Source of the DNA: Amoeboaphelidium protococcarum X5
Taxonomy: Eukaryota; Fungi; Aphelidiomycota
NCBI GenBank assembly: GCA_023515725.1
Contig: JALDTO010000124.1
Span: 1 to 5,635, forward strand
Length of the DNA: 5,635 nucleotides
Reading direction: 5' to 3'
Shown here: positions 1-5,635 of the stretch, piece after piece
Layout: every line of letters starts with the position of its first letter
How positions within the stretch are numbered: position 1 is the stretch's first letter
Translations under genes and position numbers: made by a program
Notes under the pieces: model-generated
The model's input: only the letters and a program-made list of their open reading frames with translations
Database searches by the model: none
What the model was told of the DNA's origin: nothing

Positions 1-118
1 GGCCTTGAGGACATGGCTTACCAGCGCCACACGAGCCAACAGCATCGGTGCTAGTTGTTTCAGCAAACGCGCCAGCTGCAAAGATCAGCGCAATAGATTG
101 AATTAGGACGAACTTCAT
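1..118 (-). CDS. 5' part of a secreted protein with a probable hevein-like (CBM18 / Chitin_bind_1) domain; runs off the left edge
   Basis: ATG at 118-116 in an AAAAATG context gives MKFVLIQSIALIFAAGAFA-ETTSTDAVGSCGAGKPCPQG... This is a typical signal peptide (K, hydrophobic core, AFA cleavage site) followed by CG-x4-C-x2-G, the same spacing as the first CBM18 domain of the gene at 3196..3591 (GACGNGTSCAEG). The diagnostic CCS-x2-G-x-CG lies outside the window. Confidence 0.75.
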   Translation of the reverse strand, partial: MKFVLIQSIALIFAAGAFAETTSTDAVGSCGAGKPCPQG

Positions 119-213
119 TTTTTAGGTAGATAGATTTATATTAGTTTATGGATAACTTTATTACTATTATTTGTTAATTTAGAAGAAAAGAAAATGCTTC
201 ATGATAACGTGAA

Positions 214-220
214 TTTATAG
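214..220 (-). promoter_or_regulatory. Candidate TATA box (CTATAAA on minus strand) of the left-edge CBM18-like gene
   Basis: TTTATAG at 214-220, 96 nt upstream of the ATG. The identical 7-mer lies 94 nt upstream of the second CBM18 gene. Confidence 0.4.
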
Positions 221-817
221 TGCAAACTTGTATAATCTTCTTATTGGCTAGGAGTTTCAAATGTAACAAGCACGATGCACCACGTCACACCTCCTGATCA
301 TTGTACTACACTAATGTAACGATGTCTGGAAAACTGAGGACATTGAAATTTGTGGAGCACAGTATGTATCTACTATTTAGATCCTCCTAGACGATTGATA
401 GAATGCGCTTAACATTAATGGTTTTAAACGCTTAGCTTGATCAGTTAACTATTGCTACAGTATGGTGATTAAACCATATCTGTAGAATTATATTATAAGT
501 ATTGTTATACCCGTGAACATTTTCGCTAAGTTATAAATAATTGTCCTGTCCTAAAACTATACATAGAGCGGTGTAATATTCATCACTTGATACGCGTTAT
601 CAACCAGAGCTTTGTCTGTCAGTAAAGCCGAGTGCTTGTTATCTCCTTAAAATACAGTCCTCTTTAACACGTCTCTTACATCGTAAGGATATGATAAGCA
701 AAGCATTTACTTTCAAACCCATTCATCATATATTGCGATAACTACTTTACTGTACATACACAAGAACAGCAACTTGACAGTGCGCGTTATCTTTTCGAAA
801 AGTCAAATCTTTGTGTT

Positions 818-833
818 TCTCTCTCTCTCTCTC
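818..833. repeat. (TC)8 microsatellite / pyrimidine tract about 60 nt upstream of the COG4 ATG
   Basis: Directly visible tctctctctctctctc followed by acactct. CT-rich tracts near transcription starts are common in fungal promoters. Confidence 0.85.
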
Positions 834-894
834 ACACTCTTCATTCAGTAGTAGCCTTTGCCAACCTCTAACACTATACTGTTGTCTCTGAAAT

Positions 895-3018
895 ATGACT
901 GTTAATAGCATTGCTTAATCTTTAGAGAGCCCAGATTTACTAAGACTTTAGCTATAAAGCTTGATTGAAAAAGAAGCTGAAATCGATTAATAGATAGAAT
1001 CTCTCCTACAAGAATCCCGGGTTGAATTGATTGATTCTAAAGTCCGTGCATTGTTAGACTCAAACCAACTTCTATTCCAACAGACTGGGGATACTGCCAA
1101 CCAAATACAATATTCTGTCAAGGCAACTAGTAGCGATGTCGCTAATCTTTACAATAAGATCAAAGATTATGATTTAGAGTCACAAGATATTCGACAACAG
1201 TTGAAAACGCTTCATGATTCCGAGCTATTCGTCGAAATGGTAAAGGATATCTCTGACATCATGCAGTAGCAGCAGGATTTCAACCTTTAATTGGCATGCG
1301 ATCAAATTAAAATATTTAACGAAAGATTTTCAGACTTTACAGCAGTTGATTTGAGTGTTGAAATTGGTGGAGAGTCGCTGAATGTTGAGGCGTGTTAGAA
1401 GTTTGTTCAAAGTCAGTCTCTCACTCTGAAGAAGATTATTGACCAGCGATTACAGAGATACCAAGAGTCTAAATAAGATGCGCAGTGGACGTAGACATGG
1501 AGGCTGCTTCCTCTCATAAGTCAGTAGAAGCATGGTATGGAGTGTCTGACTAATAATCTTATCCAGTCTATGAGAAGAGATCTGCCAGTGCCTGGTATCG
1601 ATGCATCGTCTGAGAAAATTGTGCGCTACGTAGCAACACTGGTTGATTATGTAGCACAATTGCTGACTAGATTCAAGTAGGTGATTTTGAAGTCTTACGG
1701 CGTGTATGGTCTCATGTATCTTCTTAAAGGTCTAGAAGCTGAGTTGGAGCTACAGGGATGCCGTATACTGGATGTGTATAGTGATTCAAAGTCTTTAAAT
1801 TTATTGCTACAACGAGTATAAATTCAGTCATCCATGGGAGTATCAACATCGTCCAAGTTTAAGTCTTAATCTTAATCTCAGTAATAAGATGCCAATATTG
1901 ATATGAAAGATGTTGCGTCTGTTGTCACTGATCTTGTCGCGTTTTCACATCATTTTGTACTGGTTCGATTGTTCATGCTGTCATTTGGAAAGGAGGTTTA
2001 ATCTATGCGTGCATAGATTGCCATCTAATAGATCGATGATCCATGCATTGAGTTTTTGAATAATCCTAAATTGTCTCGAGAAGATTTACTCAACAAGAGC
2101 AGCAAGTTGAATGATCGTGTTAAAGAGCTAATGTCCATCTCTTATGTTCAATTTGAATCCTTTATGATTACTTAGAGTGTCAACAAGGCTGTGGCCAACG
2201 ACAAGTACGTGGAAGATGAATTGCATGGTGAGAATATCTCAAGCTGTGTGGACACTACATTCTTTGTGCTAAAGAAGAGTATAAGTAGAGCTATACAGAG
2301 CTGTAACGCGGACATTGTATGCTCTATCGTGAATATAGCGGTATCAGTACTGGATTCCACTTTCTACAGAGGGCTTAATAGTAAGGTGATGTACAATTTT
2401 GGTGCAAACGTGCAGTATATTGTTGAAAATAGAGATCTTCTCGGTGGGTACGTGATTCTGTTGAATGATTTTGATGTCGCGGCCAAGTACACTGTCAGAT
2501 TGAGTCGAGATATTTAACACCAGGTGGACTAGTTTATGGTCGTGACAAACTATCCTCTAAATGTAAAAGATCTGATACTGAGCTGTCTGTAGTCATTAGA
2601 TGAGTTTTAAGGAAGATTTTAGGAGGCAATGATGGATGGAGTTCAGGTGTTGTATATCTCATTGTACAAGAGCATCGTTAAGTAGTTGGTTAGTGATAGC
2701 TTGAAGACTGCCAAGAATGGTTATCACAATATCGACAAGTTTAGGTAGGGAATTAATGCGATATTAAAAGAGTGTCACTTGATGCGCGGTAATGTTGTCG
2801 TTGAATTGATGTCAATGATTATGGACGTGTTGAATCATATATATGTTTAGCAAATGGAGTCTGTTTAATCATTGCAGGATGTTAGATACGCAGTTTAGAG
2901 TTAGTTGGCATAGTACTAAAAGTACTTCTAGTCTATACTTGAAGAATATGATATCGATCTGGATGTTCCAAGTTTTTTGTCATCAAAGTTGGATCCTATC
3001 TTAAGTTTGCTATCATGA
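895..3018 (+). CDS. COG4: Conserved oligomeric Golgi complex subunit 4 (707 aa with TAA/TAG=Gln)
   Basis: Single frame from ATG 895 to the first in-frame TGA at 3016-3018, containing both ORF-track fragments (1027.. and 2191..) and 36 internal TAR codons (16 TAA, 20 TAG). Recognised COG4-like segments: N-terminal coiled coil (IDSKVRAL...LYNKIKDYDL), WRLLPLISQQKHG, VILKSYG...LLKGLEAELELQG, and VKELMSISYVQFESFMITQSVNKAVANDKY...SSCVDTTFFVLKKSISRAIQSCNADIVCSIVN, which closely resembles the COG4 motif around 'VNKAVALD...SSMVDDVFYIVKKCIGRA' (recalled, not searched). Confidence 0.88.
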
Positions 3019-3195
3019 GGTTCACTAAACTAGCAAGCTAATACGAGTTTTTGAAATTTTTATTAATATTCTGAGTGATCCAAATGTTAACGCTGTGTAA
3101 AATACCAAATAAATGAAGAAAAATGACTGGTTAATATTGAAATTTTATAATACTTCATCAGAACAATTACTGCAATAAGACACAATTACATGGTA

Positions 3196-3591
3196 TCATT
3201 CCTCTGGAACTTCGCAGTTTCCATCAGAGTACTAAGTCTGGCAGGTAGTAGTAGCACAATATAGAGCACCAGTACCGCAGTAACCCCATTCATTACAACA
3301 GTTTCCGGCTGAACAGCCATACTCAATGCCATCAATGACGCCACAGCGACCCTCAGTGTCAACAGGCAATTGGCTTACATTTTCATAACAATCAGCGCCA
3401 GACCAAAAGTCTTAACACCCATTGCCACAGTATAAATCACCTTGACCACAGAATCCGTAAGCGGAGCAACAGTAGCCCTCAGCGCAGGAAGTGCCATTAC
3501 CACAGGCACCTGGCTCTTGAGCTGCCGTCATAAACACGGTGAAACAACTAACCAGCAGAAACGCGTAAAATGATAAAGTCTAAAATAACAT
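3196..3591 (-). CDS. Secreted 131-aa protein with two tandem hevein-like chitin-binding domains (CBM18), no catalytic domain
   Basis: ATG 3591 to TGA 3198-3196: MLFQTLSFYAFLLVSCFTVFMTAAQEPGACGNGTSCAEGYCCSAYGFCGQGDLYCGNGCQDFWSGADCYENVSQLPVDTEGRCGVIDGIEYGCSAGNCCNEWGYCGTGALYCATTTCQTQYSDGNCEVPEE. Signal peptide, then two 8-Cys domains with the CC(S/N)xxG(F/Y)CG-x5-YC signature. Three Gln are encoded by TAR (3580-82 TAG, 3412-14 TAA, 3232-34 TAG). Confidence 0.93.
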
Positions 3592-3684
3592 TTTTATATC
3601 TATGTATGAGTAAATAGCTATTAAATTTGATAAGAGTAGTTTATTTTTATATATAAAGAAGATGTAATAATAGAGTGTGAGGCT

Positions 3685-3691
3685 TTTATAG
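3685..3691 (-). promoter_or_regulatory. Candidate TATA box (CTATAAA on minus strand) of the tandem CBM18 gene
   Basis: TTTATAG 94 nt upstream of ATG 3591, in nearly the same position as in the other CBM18 gene. Confidence 0.4.
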
Positions 3692-3907
3692 CCAAAGTTT
3701 TGTAATGGATGTAACTTGAGCTCTTAGTTATCATAGGTGGGTCACAAACTTGTAACTAGTCACACGTATCACCTATCTGTCACAATGAGAGCAACTGACC
3801 ACTTAAGTTCATTCAAAAACCTGGACACAAATACAGAAAGAAGAACAATGGAAAAGGAGAATTGCAAAACCAAGATAAAGTAATAAGGCACCAAATACCA
3901 ACAGATT

Positions 3908-5374
3908 TCATTTGTTTCTACCGTCAATCACAAATGCTGTCAGAAAAGGAACAGCAATCAAACCAAGTAGGACGCAAATTCCACCAACTGGTATTGAGAG
4001 TGGTTGTTGCATGTCAGAAAATTTCTGCACTTGCTTATACTACTCCAACTTATACTGAGCCTTCTACTTTCTTGGATTAGACATTGACTAATGACGCTCA
4101 AATAGTAGTTAACTCTTCTTTACAAAGTGATGAAGAGATTTCCGCACCACTAAATTCAAATCGAACAGAACAGTCGTTGCGTCTTTGTATAGTAATGCTA
4201 AGGTGTCCTCTTCATCTTGATCATCTTTAGCATCACCAAGCTCTTTATCATCATCATCTAAAGATAATGCACCAAGTAATTTCTCATAATCAGAGGTTGG
4301 ATACAACTAATCAATATCAAACTACTAATTTGCTTCTTATAAAGAGGCAGCGTCATCAAGCTTATATACATCGTGCGTAGACTCAAACTATTACACGTAA
4401 CCAAAAAAGTCTGTAATCAGCATTTAATCTTAGTGTCGCGATAGTAGATCTGTCCGAACACCAAAATGACTGTAAAGCAGATCAGGTCTCAATGATGAGA
4501 ACAAGTCATTAAGCTTCGCCTTGCTCGACATTGAAGTCACCTGCGACTCCATGAAATCCAAAAGATAGTATGTAAATCTATCAATGACTGCCACACCTAA
4601 ATCATGTGAGGTATGATGACTATACGAGTTCTCCTTCTTCTTACTACTACCTGCAGCCATTACATTAGGCGAGTAGAATCGGAAATATAAAGTATTAGCC
4701 TGGCAAGTATCTATCATGAACAAAATTTCCTTATATCGACGCTTCTCATTCATCTAATGGAAGGCATCCGCAATATCCCATGAGCTGATTTCTTCATTAT
4801 CTTGAAACTTTAAAAATTCATCTCCACCATGTCCGGTCATGTACACAAGAACATTACTCTTATCGTCAGACATTAAACGCTTAGATTTCGGAACATTCTA
4901 CTCATGCCGGCCTGTGAGGACACGTAAGAAATTCTCCACCGTCACTTCATAGCCTCTATAGTCAACTTCAACATCCTCGCCATACAAATCAAGTCTACGA
5001 TCAGCATTATTGTATATCGTTCCCGGGTATTTATTACGAGCATTGCAGGCAACATCATCAGCTAGCATAAGAATGATATGAGAGTCTGGAATACCAAGTC
5101 GCTTTACCGTACGATAGAATGATAGAGTATTCGCAATGTGTCGATAGTTGAACCAGAATCTTGATGTACACACCAGCACAGCCCAATTGTTGGAGTGTTT
5201 TGCCTCACTTTGACTAAAAGAATCAGCATAGAAAGCTCTCACGGCCGACTGTACTTGTAACTCTCTACTATTCTCATTAGGAGAATCGACAAACACCAGT
5301 TATTCATTGCCTTCAGAGGCAGCTAATATAAAAATATAGCAGATTAACAACAGCGAAATGGATATCAGCTTCAT
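3908..5374 (-). CDS. GPI8: GPI-anchor transamidase catalytic subunit (peptidase C13 family; Gpi8/PIG-K), 488 aa with TAA/TAG=Gln
   Basis: ATG 5374 (signal peptide [22 protein letters not shown]) to TGA 3910-3908, one frame joining the three ORF-track pieces across 15 TAR codons (6 TAA, 9 TAG). Hallmark motifs: [25 protein letters not shown] (catalytic His), [17 protein letters not shown] (catalytic Cys), [15 protein letters not shown], and a C-terminal TM helix ([21 protein letters not shown]) with a short tail DGRNK. Confidence 0.97.
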
Positions 5375-5510
5375 ATTAGTAGATGTACACAGATTGGGTT
5401 TGAGTTAAAAGACTGATGTGTTGCGGTTAAAAAGAAAGAGAAACGTTGTAATGAAACAAGATGCAATGGAGTGATAATAAAATTTCAATTCATTTGTACA
5501 ATTCATTATT

Positions 5511-5635
5511 TCAATTAATTGCAATAGTCTTCTTACTTGGCAGTGCCTCGGCTCTCTTTGGAATCTTCACCTCCAAGACGCCATTCTCATAATTGGCAGA
5601 GATGTTATCAACATCCGCGTTCTTTGGCACCATCA
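5511..5635 (-). CDS. 3' end of a small heat-shock protein (HSP20 / alpha-crystallin domain); starts beyond the right edge
   Basis: ...MVPKNADVDNISANYENGVLEVKIPKRAEALPSKKTIAIN-TGA (5513-5511). It has the sHSP signature A-x-Y-x-N-G-V-L-x-V-x-I-P-K and the C-terminal I-x-I motif. Confidence 0.92.
   Translation of the reverse strand, partial: MVPKNADVDNISANYENGVLEVKIPKRAEALPSKKTIAIN

Noticed and set aside
322-468. 48-codon ATG..TGA ORF under table 6 (MSGKLRTLKFVEHSMY...), containing an intron-like GTATGT(362)...TTAAC...CAG(460)
   Set aside because: With only one stop codon, ORFs of this size arise by chance. There is no recognisable homology, and splicing would give only a 15-aa peptide. It cannot be supported without RNA data.
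1450-1659. ORF-track 69-aa minus-strand ORF
   Set aside because: Antisense shadow of COG4 with no recognisable features.
2172-2360. ORF-track 62-aa minus-strand ORF
   Set aside because: Antisense to the best-conserved part of COG4.
3108-3113. AATAAA possible polyadenylation signal for COG4
   Set aside because: Plausible but expected by chance in AT-rich intergenic DNA.
3862-4080. ORF-track 72-aa plus-strand ORF
   Set aside because: TTG start, antisense to the GPI8 C-terminus and TM region, no recognisable motif.
4418-4420. Possible additional CUG reassignment (Ser/Ala, as in some yeasts)
   Set aside because: CTG occurs at conserved Leu positions of GPI8 ([15 protein letters not shown]), so CUG=Leu.
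895-5374. Interpretation as a cluster of pseudogenes or sequencing errors
   Set aside because: There are no frameshifts and no internal TGA among 54 interruptions, catalytic residues are intact, and the interruptions fall at Gln positions.
1-5635. Prokaryotic or phage recoding, CRISPR arrays, tRNA/rRNA genes or mobile elements
   Set aside because: The genes include eukaryote-specific ones (COG4, GPI8), and I saw no repeat-spacer array, cloverleaf, terminal repeats or transposase-like sequence.

Overview
Compact, apparently intron-free eukaryotic (fungus-like or opisthokont) genomic DNA that makes sense only under a non-standard nuclear code in which TAA and TAG encode Gln and TGA is the sole stop (NCBI table 6-like). 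The fragmented ORF track is an artefact of standard-code translation. Read with TAR=Gln, the window holds five genes: the 5' end of a secreted protein beginning a hevein/CBM18-like module (<1..118, -), COG4 (895..3018, +, 707 aa), a 131-aa secreted tandem CBM18 chitin-binding protein absent from the ORF track (3196..3591, -), the GPI transamidase catalytic subunit GPI8/PIG-K (3908..5374, -, 488 aa), and the 3' end of a small heat-shock protein (5511..>5635, -). All four visible stops are TGA. By manual count, 54 in-frame TAA/TAG codons lie in the three complete genes, some at conserved Gln positions. The two CBM18 genes share a promoter layout (TATA at about -95 plus clustered GTYACA motifs). 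The code plus the fungus-like genes would fit an aphelid such as Amoeboaphelidium, where TAR=Gln is already known; that assignment is inference.
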